Counted from the stretch's first letter, positions 38,748 to 52,700 are shown. The stretch is 64,000 nt of DNA from Marsupella aquatica (GCA_973895155.1 OZ316896.1:2480001-2544000), one strand, 5' to 3'. The notes: generated by a model not told the origin, from the letters alone. Translations and numbers: made by a program.

Positions 38748-41194
38748 AAGAGCAGCCTTGGCAGATAAGATGGTTATGTCCACTTTCAGGCCCGAAGGGC
38801 TGCACCGGTGCAAGACAAGTCCTGTCATTCCTACACAGGTCCATCATGGCCACAAACACAGCTCCAAGAACTGATGTATGGCAGCCCGAGACCAGAAAAT
38901 GTTTATGCATGCTATAATTTGACGCCCCTTAATCACCACTATTTCCAAGCAAAACCTGGTGGATCTAGGTTATGATAATTAGTGAAAAGTGTCTTAAAAA
39001 AATAAATCAAAGTGTAATATTTATTCCTCCCAGAGCGTCCGGGACATGGCGATGTAACGCCTGTGTCATCCTCATCCTCCAATGGCTTTTAGCAGATTGA
39101 GTGTGGGCTCGGTACCGATCTGGAGCTCAAATCCGGCCACGGACACGGCACCATGAGAAAATGACGAAATCCCAAACCTGCCAAATACTCTTGTGTTGGG
39201 TACATTAACACGCCACTTTGTTTGTTACTCACGAGACCACGGTATCAACTCGGGGGAGTCACTGCTGTGCGCGGAACAGCTGTACTGCGTACCACGTAGT
39301 CTGTGCCATTGGATCTCAACTGTGATCGAGATCCAAGCGAACAAACAAAACTGCGGTGGTCCCCCTGCGAGATTTGAGCCCCGGCCACCCGTGATTGCCA
39401 AGGCGGAGGCAGGAGTACCCGGTCAGAGTTCAAATCTCGCAGTGAGCGTTCCCAAAACTTTCGGCCCCCTCGTCAAAATTGTCTTTTGCTTCTAAAATGG
39501 TCGGTCTTGAGCACAAACCTCTCCTTAGCCACCAGAAGCCCTCTATCGCTTTTTTATTATTAGCCAAGGACCGGGCTAGGCGCACTTTGCCGCGGCTGGC
39601 CCTCCGGCCTCTCCCACGGCAATTCTCAATTCATTTCTTAAATTACAATGCACGGCCACGATCACCCGGAATCGAACACGTACGCCGTTAGATGACGTTG
39701 ATTAATAAAAATTACTTTGTTATTGATAAACGCGAACCCCGAAATTCGGTGTTCGAGACCCACTGTGGGCCCATGGAACCGTGGCTGTTTCTCCTGCTCG
39801 CCCTCCCCCCGTTTCCCCTGTCTCCTCCTCTCGTTTGTTCCTCGTAGACGAGAGGAGACGAGAGGAGAGGAGAAGAGAAGAGAAGAGAGAAGAAGAAGAG
39901 TACTCGAGTAGCAGAACACTCGATGAAGGAAGGAAGACGAAGCAAAGGCTGGGTGGGCTTTTGAGGAAGGGGAGAGGCGGAAGTTTTTCCAAGAAATCAA
40001 TCCGAGTCACATTCACATTCATCGGGGAGATGTACAGCGAGCGGATGAGGATCGGAGCATTCACTGCTGAGTCGTGTGCATTATTTTGCTGCGGATGTCG
40101 TTGCTGAACTCCGAGCATTCGTATTGAGTGTGAGGAAGTAGTAAGGCTCCCGGCCACCAGCGAGGGGAGCAAATTCGTGCCTGCGGGGCGTTCTGTGGTG
40201 AAGATCTGTCTCACGAATCGTCGTCCGAACGCACAATCAATCTTCTCAAGCCAGTGAAGCACCCTCGCGGGGTGTCTGTCAATCGCGCACCGGTGGGAAA
40301 GACAGAGGCAGAGCAGTGGTGTTTTCAAGAAATTAGAGTTGGGACGGAGAGGGAGGAAAACAGAACGATAGAGAGATAGCGCTGCTATTTTTTGAGGATT
40401 AGCGAAGCGAGCAGATAGGAGTATTCGCTTGAAAGAAGGAAGACGGTAGAAGTTTAGGAAGTGAGGATTCATTCGCATGCGGGAGTAGGGAGTGAATCAG
40501 AGGGGCTTGGCGTGTCCGAGTTCAAACAGAGAAGGACAGTGAATAGGTAGCACGGGAACACTGACGAAGGTGTTGGGATAAACAGAGTGTGTGAGAGCGA
40601 GAGAGACCGAGAGAGAGAGAGAGAGAGAGACGGCGAGAGACATAAAATTAGATGATAGGAGAGTCCTACTGGCCACCATTTTGGAGGTGAATCAGACGTT
40701 AATTTTGTAAGAGGAGTCGATTCGGTTGGTGTTCTGCTTCGCGAGTTGGCGGCCTGACCTGCATTCTATATCGGATCGTCCTCCCAGCGAGATTTACTGT
40801 CCACGAGATAAGAGGCAGACTACACTGTTACTACACGAACTTCTGTAGTAGCCTGCCTCAACGAAGAGAGAGTGGAGTGTCGTAGACGATTTGTACCAGC
40901 AGCAGAGACTAGTGGTGCCTGACGATTTACGCGGTTGATAGAGAAAAGCAGTGGCCGAGGCGTTTGTAGAGGTGAGCGGGAGAGGGAGAGAGAGGAACGT
41001 CCCTTGACGATTCGCAGTGAGAGGTCTGGTTCGATTGTTTTGAAACTCACCGCCTCTGCCGATATTTCTGCTTCCCTCCATCATTCTCCTACTTCCCCAC
41101 CCGACAACGAAAGACGAGGACTTCGAGGAGGACGGTTGGCGCCAAGGAGGAGGAAGGCAGCCTTGTGCCGGGGGACTGCACCTTATGTTGCCCG

Positions 41195-44100
41195 ATGGTA
41201 ACAGCGTAATGCTTGTCTGCCTGCCTGATATTCTCATTCTCCAGAGGGGAAAGGAAATGCCAAATCTCAGTGGGATGGTTGCCGTTTCTTATCCCGTTAT
41301 ACTTTTGCGTGAAAAGTTTTTGGTTAAGATGTCCTGGAGCGAACCCATGAACTACCGGCCAGAGCGAAAATCTCATTCCAATTTCAGGGATGCATTTTCG
41401 ATTGTATGAGGTGTGATAGGGCATGTTAGAGAGAGGTTTCCATCTTGAATCATAGGAATTTGGCCTGTAGGTTGTTTGGTTGGCCGACTGCAGGGAAGTG
41501 GAGAGCCAAAGAGCAAGAGCGAGAGCAGAGTACTGAAATGGGGAGGGTTGGTTGGCATTGTGGCAGTCATCGTCGAAGAAGGTGATAACGAAGGAAGAAT
41601 GGGAAAAGAAGCTGAGCGACGTGAAGATCAGGAAAGAGGACATGAACAAGCTAGTCATGAACTTTCTCGTCACCGAAGGCTACGTTGAGGCCGCAGAAAA
41701 GTTTCAGATTGAATCTGGCACACAACGTATCCTCCCTCTTCTGTCTGCCTTACCAATTTCACGCACCGATATGCTGCTGGGTTGATGTCGTTTTTCTTCT
41801 CCTACCTGTGCACACTGTGCGCTCTATTGATTGCTTATGGCTCTCCCTCAATTTTTCTTCTGACGGGAGTGGAAAGGGAGTTGCTTCCGATTGTTTTCGT
41901 ACGAAGGCAACTGTCTACCGTGGATCCTTTCATTATTTAACCTTTCATGGAGATTTCTTTTAGAAGGAACTTTGGTCAAGGCGAACTGATCTATGCATAT
42001 CTTTTTAAGAGGATTGGTGATGCAAACGGATGTCTCTGATGAAGAGGATCCTGATAGAATCATCCATTTTCCTGTTTGTATTTTGCGAAGCGGGTTCTGT
42101 TCGTTTTTCCAAGGTTGGCCTTGAACTAGAATTCGCCGCAACGGGACCATGGGGGAGAAGCACGTCAGTTATTGTGCGAGGTCTGCGACAGTGTTATAGT
42201 AGGGTGAGGGGGCGATGAATGATAATATGGGTCTCATCTGATTCTGCCAGACATGCTGTAAACTAGCCTCAAAAACGCACTTAGGAGTCATCCCTCACGC
42301 AGTTTGAATGTTTGGCAACAGCGATGATGACATGGGCAAATGTTTAGCACTTTGTTGAGAGGATGAAACTCTGTTTAGCACAACTGTATGTGTTGGTTGA
42401 AAATGTCCTGAACCCTGACGGATACAATTTCCTTAGTTATTCACAGCAGATGTAGATCTTGGGACAATTACGGACAGGATGGCCGTGCGAAAGGCCGTAC
42501 AATGCGGAAATGTGCAAGACGCCATTGAGAAAGTCAATGACCTGAATCCGGAGGTAACCTGAAGTACTCACTCAAAAGACTCACTCACATGTCATCGACT
42601 TTTTGTTGACAGTTTTCAATGAAAGACTTTTACTAACACAGTATCGTGCAAGTGATGGCGAGAAACACATGAAGTTTTGTTCTGGCAGCCAGTGGAATGG
42701 GCAACTACATCGTTATGTTGTCAGAAATTTGGTTCCATAGTGGTGCAGAAGTTTCTGGGCCTTAGCGCTAAATACTTAGGATCTATTGTTGAGTCAGGGA
42801 ATTACAGTTTGATTCGGTTTTGATGTTGTCGACGATCCCTTTTTCCAGATTGGGGTCCTCACGCTTGCTAATGGAAGCTCGTGAACTCGATTTACGTTGT
42901 CTAAGCTGATACAGAAGAAAAACTCCGTTTCCATTTACTATATTTGGAGCGACCTAATTGAAGGTTCTGTGTGGTCTGCAGATTTTGGATACCAATCCTC
43001 AGTTGTTCTTTCACTTGCAGCAACAGCGTTTGATTGAACTTATTCGCAGTGGGAAGGTAGAGGAAGCACTAGAGTTTGCCCAAGAGGAGTTGGCGCCCCG
43101 GGGAGAAGAGAATGTAAGCGTGCAGGTCGTCTGTGTATTTCTAAACTGTAAACTTCCCAGCTCTTATGCGATGTGGAGATGTTGCAGTCTCACCTATGTA
43201 AAGCTCGATCTGGTTCATTTGGATTGGGTGTTCAATTATTCTGTTGCAACCTCTGGAGCCAATCCACTCGGTAAAGCTGAAGTGTATGCAGTGTTGGTGG
43301 GGGTAGTTCAAGCTCATGCGCCGTACCGTTGGGGTTTCACTATCGTGAGCTCTAATGATAAGTGAATAAAGTTTTAGAACTGGTTTATCTCTTATTTAAA
43401 TTGGTTCTGCCCTTGTAGCCAAGATACCTCTACGGCCTAAGTGTTAATAGGGAGTACTTACAATGGTTTTACTGGTTTGTTTCCTGGAGTCGGTTGGTAC
43501 TGTCTGCTGAGCTCATGGGTCAATCCGCAGTTCTGGAAGAAAGTTTACGTTTAATGCATCTTGAGGCTTCCCTCAGATGTTTCACACTACCAGATTATTT
43601 GACTTAGTAGTGAGGGACAGCCTTAGTGGCTGCAACACTTACAACAATCATAGCTTCCTTAGGATACCCAAGCGACTGCTAGCCATTTGGTTTTACTTGA
43701 GAATCAAAATCAATCCGACTTCTGAAAGGTTCACTTTCCACGAGATGTCACCATCACCTCAATCTGCTTTAAAAGCTTTCAATATTGGGGTGATACTGAA
43801 ACCAGCAGACATATAGTTATGCGCATCTGGACAACAATAGACGTTACGGCATGTGTAGACCTATTTGAAATTGAAAACACGATTTCCTGGTTTTAGGCTG
43901 GGTTTTCCGTATCGTTTTGGAAGCTGTGATTGCATGAAATAACGGTATAATTTTTTCCTTTTGTCACAGCATGCCTTCCTCGAGGAATTGGAGCGGACTG
44001 TAGCTTTGTTGGCTTTCGAGGACACCTCAAGCTGCCCAGTTGGAGAGTTGCTGGACGTTTCACAGAGACAAAAGACTGCCAGTGAATTGAATGCAGCCAT

Positions 44101-44436
44101 TCTGACAAGCCAAAGCCATGAGAAAGGTACGTCGAGCCTCTTCACTTCAAAAAACATCTAGCTTAAGTCCATCATTGCTTATAGCTATGGCATTATTGGC
44201 TTTAATGTCTAGTATATTATAACATTATACAAAGAAATTGTCAGAGGTGTCAACTTCCTGATAAGGAGATATCTTTCGTCCTTTCATGACAATGTTCCTG
44301 TTTGCCATGCTCAGATCCCAAACTTCCTAGTTTGTTGAAGATGTTAATCTGGGCACAAAATCAGCTTGATGAGAAGGCATCTTATCCGCGGATCAACGAT
44401 CTCGTCAATGCTACTCTAGAGGAGCCTGTCACATAA
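41195..44436 (+). CDS. GID8: GID8/TWA1 homolog (LisH-CTLH-CRA, GID/CTLH E3 ligase); exons 41195-41197, 41567-41726, 42447-42553, 42982-43113, 43970-44126, 44315-44436
   Basis: Spliced protein M|[16 protein letters not shown]...[22 protein letters not shown]...[15 protein letters not shown]...[22 protein letters not shown]...[14 protein letters not shown]|[15 protein letters not shown]. The start exon is inferred. Confidence 0.93.
41727..42446 (+). other. U12-type (minor spliceosome) GT-AG intron
   Basis: Donor GTATCCTC and branch-like TTTCCTTAG about 10 nt before the CAG acceptor, with no polypyrimidine tract; splicing restores Q-P-D-V-D. Confidence 0.75.
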
Positions 44437-46775
44437 GTTGTTGATTGGAAGACATGTGCTTCGTCAGAGTTTCATTTATATCAGCTAGTCTTTTCTAAAG
44501 AGGAGAAACTTAGTGTAGGATAAGTTGACCCCATGCATCGCAACTCGCAGGATTGTGGTGCAATTCTTTGTGTAAGATAGTTAGCATCAGTTAGAGTTGG
44601 TCATAACTGCGCACGTCGGTCTAGGTGATTATCTGGGAAATCGTTCATGTTGTTAGAACACTGTGGGTTTGGTTTGTCGCCTAACACACACTTGTGAATA
44701 TCAATGACATCAATGTGATGAAACATTTGGTTGTGGGTTTGGTTTGCGGCCACACACGAATATGTGAATATCAATCACAGCATTGTAATATTTGGCAAGA
44801 AATCCGGGTCTTCAGCTATTTGCAATTCTCTCCGACCCGAGCCTCCTTCCTGGTCCCATTTGTTGCCAGATTGTTATTATTAGTTCCGGGTAAACGGCTC
44901 ACCTTATGTCATGACCATCCAAAGAACAATAACATTTCCCACGTCGGACATGAACACAATGCCCATGCGATTGTCAGCTCGCACACAAAAACGACCCTGA
45001 TTCTTGTGCATTGTAGATTAAGTTGTTACGTCTCATTGAACACTGTAGCAGCCTACTAGGAAGGCTGTAATCAATTTGCAGAAAGACAGTGTAGCTTGTT
45101 CTGTGCTTCAGAATTTTTTCTTGGCCACCCGGATTGGTGGTAAACCTGGCAGAACGCTACGGACAAGTCTCTTTTGGAGTCCAGTGGCCTGGTGTGCGGA
45201 AGGAGACAACACACTTTACTGTCGCAAGCTCCTTGAGAGCACAAGAGAATTGTCGTTTTTGTCAACTTACTCAAAGTTTTGTGTTGGGTCTGAAGACCAG
45301 ACTCCGACAAGAATAAAATGTTTTGAATTCTCAGATCTACAGTAAGTGAGACTGGATCGGGTTCGACAACGCCCATTCATGGAGTCTGAAATCACTCCTC
45401 GAAATGTCTCTTTGTTATGTGAGCAGTAGCGCTTTTATTTTCCAGTGGCTTTACATATTTCCTTTCGCAATGCTTTAGGCAGTGCAGGAAAGCATTGATG
45501 AGGTAAAGCGAGTACTTCAACGCTCTGGTGGGGCCATGCTGCTTTTGAATATGAGCCTTAGATTGAATAGCATCGACTGATAAGATGAAACAGAGTGGAT
45601 CGTTTTGTACACATCGAAGCTTAGTACCTTCCTCCCTTCCCTCCAGTGGGGCTGGGGGGCACATGTCAGTAAGCCATAGTGTTGTTGTGGACTGCCACAT
45701 GATTCCTTTCGAACTTTTATGATTTATAAAATACTCCAAGGCAAAAACACTATTGTACAGAGCCAATATGTTTGGCCAGGGTTCACATTCCATAATACAG
45801 TGCCGTTGTGTTTCTGGCATGTAAATTCCCCAGGTTGATGGTGTAATACAAGTCCATGGTGTTGTGTTTCTGGCATGTAAATTCCTCAGGTTGATGGTGT
45901 AATACAAGTCCATGGTGTTAGGTCTGGGTTCACATTCCAGAAAATACTACAGTGGAATTGTGTTTCATGTAAACTCTCCAGTAGCCCTTGGGCTGCTGCT
46001 ATAGCTCTTGGGCTTATATGCCAGAAAACAGCCATAGAACACTACAGAGCCATTGTTGTGAATTCCCCCAAGTAGCCCTCCGTCTTCTGCTTTAAGGTTG
46101 GGGCTTGCAAGCCAGGCAACAGTAGGGGTTCACATGCTTATGAGATCCCCCACTGCAACAGCCCTGGGCTCATGCCTTAAACTACCACCATCAATCTTTA
46201 AAAACCTGGTGGATCCAGGTCACCATGATTAGTCAATGTCCTTAACAAAGTAAGAAAGTCCAAAAAGTGACTACTTTGTCCTACCACAACTTCTGGGACA
46301 GTGGCAGTTTAAGTGTAGGGTAACCTAAGGTCCTAGAGGGGGTTACGGCACATAACCCCAACAGCCCACGGGTTTTCCAAGGGTAAGAGCATCTTTACTT
46401 GAGCCTGGATTTCACAATGCTGGGCAATGTTTCCAGGCACACGTCCCACCCCTAGCATCCAACTCCCCTGCCAATGGCCACAATTCTGGATGTTGGCAGT
46501 CGATATTGAACTCCTCTATTGTGGCCCATGGTTGAGAAAACTTGACGAAAACTCAAGACTATCAATTGTTTGTGTTCTTACCTGGGTTTTTTGCAAATAC
46601 TGATTTCTATTATGGTTTGCAATTCAGGGAAACTTGAAGGAAATCTGAAAACAAAAAACAAAAAGGGATTTTCTGTGAGGCCCTCCCATTTACACCTGCT
46701 CATGGGAACCTGGTGTTGCATTCAAATGATAGGAGGTTAAAATGTAACCATGGTGCGTTAGATGTATCCCATGTT

Positions 46776-46900
46776 GCCCAGAGAGGCATGACTGTGTGGT
46801 AGCTCACTTGAGTGGTGATTGATAAGTCTTGGGTTTAAATGTTGTAACTGACTCTTCCCTTTCTGTGGGGGTTCACAGATTTCCTCTTTTTTTCTAAAGA
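46776..46900 (+). mobile_element. SINE copy 3 (more diverged)
   Basis: GCCCAGAGAGGCATGACTGTGTGGTAGCTCA...TTCACAGATTT; TSD ATGTATCCCA(T/A)GTT at 46762-46775 and 46901-46914. Confidence 0.8.
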
Positions 46901-49900
46901 ATGTATCCCAAGTTGGGCATATATATCAGAATATTCCTGCATTCAGAGCAAGTACTTGTGGATGTCTGCCAACCATCCAAATTTTTCAGTGGCCAAAATG
47001 TTGTTTCAAGGCAAAGGTTTCCCAGTTATTTTTGTCTAAAAAATAAAGGCGTTTTATTAAGGAATGCGGAATCCATAGCCACTCATTTTGGTCATTCCTT
47101 AGAAAATAAATCTGCCCGGTCAGAACAAGATGTTTGGTAAATCAATGTGTTATAAGAGTATTTTGCTGTACAACATCTATACCACACCTGCAGGATTGTG
47201 TTATCTTGTAGCTTACTTGCATAAGGATGTGACTCCCTGAAATCAAAGCTTTTCAAATTCTTTCAATTGATCTCAATTTCTTATCATGGCAGTTGGTGAA
47301 GAGCTCAAACAAGAGGAACTAATGCAGCAAGGGAAGGTAATACTGACAATGATTTATTTGTTTTGAATTACCTTGAAAATCAAAAGCAAACCATCCAACA
47401 AAGGATAGACATCTTGCTCTGGAGCATGTGATTTTATGTATGGTAGCCACAAGGGAACAGTACCCAGGGATCCGACAGGGACCCAGACCAGGAAGGAGAG
47501 AGGGTTAAACCAGGGCTGGGAAGTGGGCCAGCAAGGGGCTGAGGAGATAACCAATTCCCACCACTTCATCCCCTCCCACACAATTATACCCTTCACACCC
47601 CTTGCGTGTGGAGGGAGTGTTGAACCTGGGACTTCTCAGTTCTAGGCCCATGAAATCTCATTCTCAGTGAAACTACAAAACTCCATTACAAATTTCTGAG
47701 CTTTCTAATTTTTGCAGCACAGATAGCTGCCCAATCTAGCTCACAACTCCACTGAAATTGCTGCAGAGTAGTCCTGATGCTTCCCCTTCAATAGTGGTCA
47801 TCATCTTCATTTGGGGAGTCTTAGTGAAAAACTCATTCTCTTGCTCCCATGTAAATCTACTTTTATGGCCTAGATCTAGAGTAAAGCCTCTAGATTTAAC
47901 TTTGGGGGTGCAGGAATGGGGATAAGTTGTACATGAGTGTCAATAATAAGGAATATTTATCTTGCAAGGTTTTTTTGTACTCACCTATATTTACATTCAA
48001 AAGAACTGGTAGTCGATCAGGGTAATATCTGAAAATTACATGCAATGACCCAATAAAAGAAATCATCTCCCACACTCTATCATCCTCATCCTAGTCTGCT
48101 TCCTCTTCCTTCATCATGTTCAGAAGAGTTCCAAGTCATGTTTCCATAGCAGTCATTGTCCATTGGACAATGGAGTAGAGACACTGAAGAGCTACAATGG
48201 ATCACAACACCCATGGCAATGAGAGTACATGCAAAGCATAGGGCAAGAAAGTACTAGAAGTGTGTTTGTATCATTCTGCATTTTATCAATTAATAGCATG
48301 AACAGGGCATAAGAAATTGGGCCTGGCTGTGAATTACAAGCATGATTTGGGTCTAGAGTAATGATGTCTTTCCAAATGTTAAGTCCACAGCTGAGAAGAA
48401 TGGAACATCTGCTGAAAATGCAACAGGACCTGAACACATTTGAGAAACAGTATGAATCTGGTAAACTGAGTTGATATATGCATTTACACTAGAAACACTG
48501 CTTGGGGGGTTGGAATTCTACAAGTCATTTTGGATGAGGGGGTCCAAGCTAGGTAGAGAACTGGCAACCAGGGAGTACCAGTAGAAATTACCCAGATTAT
48601 GCCATCCTCTTCTAAGATTGTAGAGAAGTCTTAGCAAACACCCACCAGAAATACAACACTAAATCCTACCTCTACTTCTGGAAGTAGACATGCCATCATT
48701 CTTGACTTCAAGATTTTTTTTAATCCCCTTGCATATTGGGAAGTCCACTAGGATTAGGCACTTAGAGGATATTTGCTACTGGTGGTGGAGATGGAGCCAT
48801 CAAAAGTAGGAAGCACAAGTATAGACAGGATTACTTTGCCTCTACATGAACTTTGTCATTTGTCCTACTTGAGCAAGTTCTTACCTCCCTTGCTCTATTT
48901 TGTTGCAAAAGTCAATAGCTAGAGAAAGTCCAGGCTAACAGTCCAATAAGAGACCTGTGTTGCTCTATCATTGGTGTTTAGGCTATCTTCAATTTAGCTC
49001 ATGTTTTATTGATGAGGTGCTTGTTCTTGGTAGTGCTTGTTGTCGGGCCTTTGTTGTTGAGGGACAAGTCAACAGCACCCTGCACTTGTGTTGTTCTACA
49101 CCCTTCACTTGTGTTGTTCTACGTGAGTTTCTCATTGGTTGTATTTTTAGCTAGGGGTTGCTTGTGGGCTATTTGGGCTTCCCCCTCCCCCATCTTGTGG
49201 GTGGCCTTGATTAATTGTCATGCCTTGGTTCTGGCCCCGCTTTAACAACACTCCAGCAACACTGTCCCAACTCTGTTTTAATTCATTAAATGGTTAATAC
49301 AACCCCAAAACTGGTCCAGTGCAGGATATCAAGTTTGGAACAACACTGGGAAAAGTGCTAGAATAGCACTGCATCACAATGAAAAGTAAGAGTATTGCAC
49401 ATTTACATTTACATTTAGACTTACAACTTCTCGGTGATCAACCAGTTAGTTCTTCATCGATCAAGTCTTGGATTTAATAAATATGACCAACACTAATTCT
49501 GTACATGTTTTTTGTGATGTCATTGAGTGTGGGTGCCTTTCCTACCCCAGTAACACTCTAATCTAGTTCCAATTTATGCCACCTTTTTAAGAAACATTTT
49601 GCACTAGTGAGTGTTGTACCCACAGATCCAGTGGCTTCATTTTCTTTGTGTTTGGCATTCATGTTGTCCCAAAGCTACTCTAGGGCTAGTTTGCTGTTAA
49701 TGGCTCTTTGGTACTATGTCTTAAACCACAGCTGCACATAATAGGACTATGGGTAACCCATAGTTCCCATTTCCACTATGAATGGAGGGATGGGCAGTAG
49801 TGCTGGGGTGAGGTCCATTTTTTTCAGTTGGCTCCACTATTCACTGCTGGCAGGAATGGACAGTGGCCGGGCAGGAAAGGGGGCCTTAAATTAAATGGGC

Positions 49901-50199
49901 AGGTGTGGTTTAAACATTAGATTGAAGCCAGAAGCCCAGATGCACTGGCAGCTTGTCAAACTAGTATGGACTGCTACGATAGCTCTAGTCTTTACATCAC
50001 TCGAACCCCATGTTATGCCTTAATGGCAAATGTTTGGTTAGTTTAAGCTCAAATGTTTTGAGCATCTTCTCTGATCATAAAACACTATGAACCAATCCAA
50101 CAAAGTTTCCTAGCTATAGAGGAGACTGGAACTTCTTCATCTTGAAGCTTCGAGTCAGCCCCATTCAAATCAAGCCAATTGAAATAAATATGTGAGCTG

Positions 50200-51784
50200 G
50201 AATGTAAGATTGAGAATCTGATCCGCTTCATCACTCCCATATCCCAGATGCCAGCCGAGATGCCAGCTGACGGCTTAAGAAAAGTGTCAAGCCGTCACGA
50301 AACTTTCCGAGTACTACTTGAGAGCTGACAAACTTGCAAACTGTCTAAGGGTTCTAGCATTTCCTTGCCCTGACAGTGTACTCGATCCCATGCCCCTGGC
50401 CACCCCCGGCTTATGAAGTTAGTGGTTGCCCCTGTACCAACCATGGCCATCCCACATTGACTATTCATTTGTAATTTCATTAGGATAAGCAGGGGGATAA
50501 GCTTTATAGTATCATCTACTTTTGCCTTGATTGTTCTTTCTAGAACAATTTCATCTTCTTTTGTCAAGGAATTTCCCTTAGTTTTGGGCCCTAATGGTTA
50601 AGATTGGATTGGTTAGAGCAATACTTACCTAAATGCTCTTTGCCCCACCATCAAAATTTGGCTTTGCCTCCTTTGTTAAGGATTCCTTACTTTGATAACC
50701 AGGCTCGCCAGACTTGAAGCAGAATCCTTCTTCCTTGCGCTTTTCCAAAAGTGCATCCCGTTTTGCCTTCTAAATTGGCAAGGAAACTTTCTTGGGCAAT
50801 TTTACCCTCTTTTCTGGTCACCAACCAGATGCTGAGTGTTTAGGGTCACACTTGAACCTTGCCTCTTTTCTGGTCACCAACCGGATGCTGAGTGTTTAGG
50901 GTCACACTTGAATCTTGCCCCCACCTACCTCGGTTTTCTTCTTGCCACCCACCTTGGCCAGGTATGGACGGTTGTTCACAAACATTGTGGCCCAGTCCAA
51001 CGCGTCTGTGAGTTGCTTGACCTTGTGTTACTATCTTGCAACTTCTCCTGGGGCAATTGCAGAAGCTTCACAATGAAATCATCCCTTGAGGTATGCAAGT
51101 GTTGAAAAGGCCTCATCCCTTGAGGTATGCAAGTCAAGTCTGACAGTAGGAGATAATGTTTTTGCATGATTATCCCCCCTATACAACATTTCCGAGATGC
51201 ACTTCTTAGCCTGAGGTCAAGTGCAAGTCACGTCTGACAGTAGGAGATATTGTTTTTGCATATCCCCCCATTCAACATTTCTGTGATGCACTTTTCAGCA
51301 TGCCTCTTCGGGTACTTGGTGATTAAGTTGAGACTGAGGCCCTCAACCATTTTCTAATACACAAGCGACTGGGAGCTACTCTCTTGAGCTAACTCCAATA
51401 CTTATACCAAGTGAAGACATAGTCTCTAAGAAATGGGGAGACAACGGATGCACTAAAAGACAGCTCTAAACACGCTTGGAGGTGAACCTCCATTGATTAT
51501 ATTGTGGTGAGCCATGTGTAACAAAACTTTTTTCTGCTTTGTTCCTAGGCTCCATCATAAGTTGTGTGACCAGCGGTCCTGTTTCACTTGTATCTAAGAA
51601 CTCTCCTATTGCGTGCTGCTAGAAACAAAAACCAATAGTGCTGTTGGTCTAACATGATTCAGGTTTCCTATTTCTAATAAGCTATCATGAAGAGACTCAT
51701 TGCCCTTACCAACCCCATGCAAAAACCACACATTTAAGTGATAGCATTCTATCAGTCAGTCAGACCTTCTCCCTAGTGTCAACA
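50200..51784 (-). mobile_element. Degenerate Ty3/gypsy 5' fragment (putative LTR 51412-51784, PBS, gag knuckle, protease)
   Basis: Minus strand: TGGTATAAG PBS-like at 51401-51409 beside a TG..CA segment; KRKEEGFCFKSGEPGY (decayed CCHC knuckle, ~50690-50740); AMVGTGATTNFIS (decayed D-T-G-A protease). Confidence 0.6.
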
Positions 51785-52319
51785 AGTGGGGTCTCCTCTC
51801 TTCTAAGGTCATCACTTGGGTAGTAATGTGATCAAGCAACCAATACATAAGGCAACTAAGGTCCTGTCATCAAATTAACCAGTCAAATCTAAGTGTAGAA
51901 TATTGATCAAAAGCAACTCTTCAGGGCCTGCGGACTAGAGTGAAGCCTCTAGACCTTTACTTTGGTGTGTAACTGAAGTTGGTGGTGCAAATGGAAAACG
52001 AGATTGGGGGAGAGTGAGTCTCTGGAAATTGTGCAACTGACTTAAATGTCCTCACCTGGCTTAAATGTCCTCACCTTTATTTAAATCACCATTGGCCATA
52101 TAAAACGAGAAGTGTCCAAGAGTTCTCCCTTTTTCACATTCTCTCCTCTAGGGTGACTTTGCTGCTTAAATGTCCTCACCTTGAATTAAACCACCACTGG
52201 CCATATAAAAGGAGAAGTGTCCAAGATTTTCTCCCTTTTTCACATTACTCTCCTCTAGGGTGACTTTATTCCACAATTTCAAGAAAAAATACTAAAAATG
52301 GTGAAATCTCTGGAAGCAG

Positions 52320-52700
52320 GTTTTGTCATGGCTAGTGGCTCTTTAAGTGCAAAGAAGGGGCACTTAGGCTACTCCATATGCCCAAGACTACGACAATTTT
52401 TGGTAGTCAATCACCACCACCAATCTTGGGATGGGTCCTGAAGAAATGGGTAAATCTTTGTCAATTCAAAGAAGTTGACCATAGAGGGTAGGATTTGTTG
52501 CACCACATCCCTCGTTCGTCGCTTCAACCAACCGTCATGAAAGTGCTGCCATCTCCATGGAAAAAACAGATGTGCCGCTTTCATCAGCCTTTCCTTTTCT
52601 TCAGCCCAAGACAATCTTTGTTACATCCCTCCCTTCAATTATCTTCCATGACAATACGGCTTGAACAGAACATTGTGTACATGACATTTTCCAGAACGTT
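52320..52700 (-). pseudogene. Possible hAT transposase C-terminal relic
   Basis: Trp-rich fragment (RWQHFH...DPSQDWW...YG..P) resembling the region near the hAT dimerisation domain; frames are broken. Confidence 0.3.

Noticed and set aside
39720-40478. 252-aa minus-strand ORF
   Set aside because: Low-complexity antisense read of the GA-rich leader, with no recognisable domain.
41089-41673. 194-aa minus-strand ORF
   Set aside because: Antisense to GID8 intron 1 and exon 2, with no motif support.
48956-49246. Additional solo LTR
   Set aside because: TG...CA ends are possible, but I found no matching TSD or second copy.
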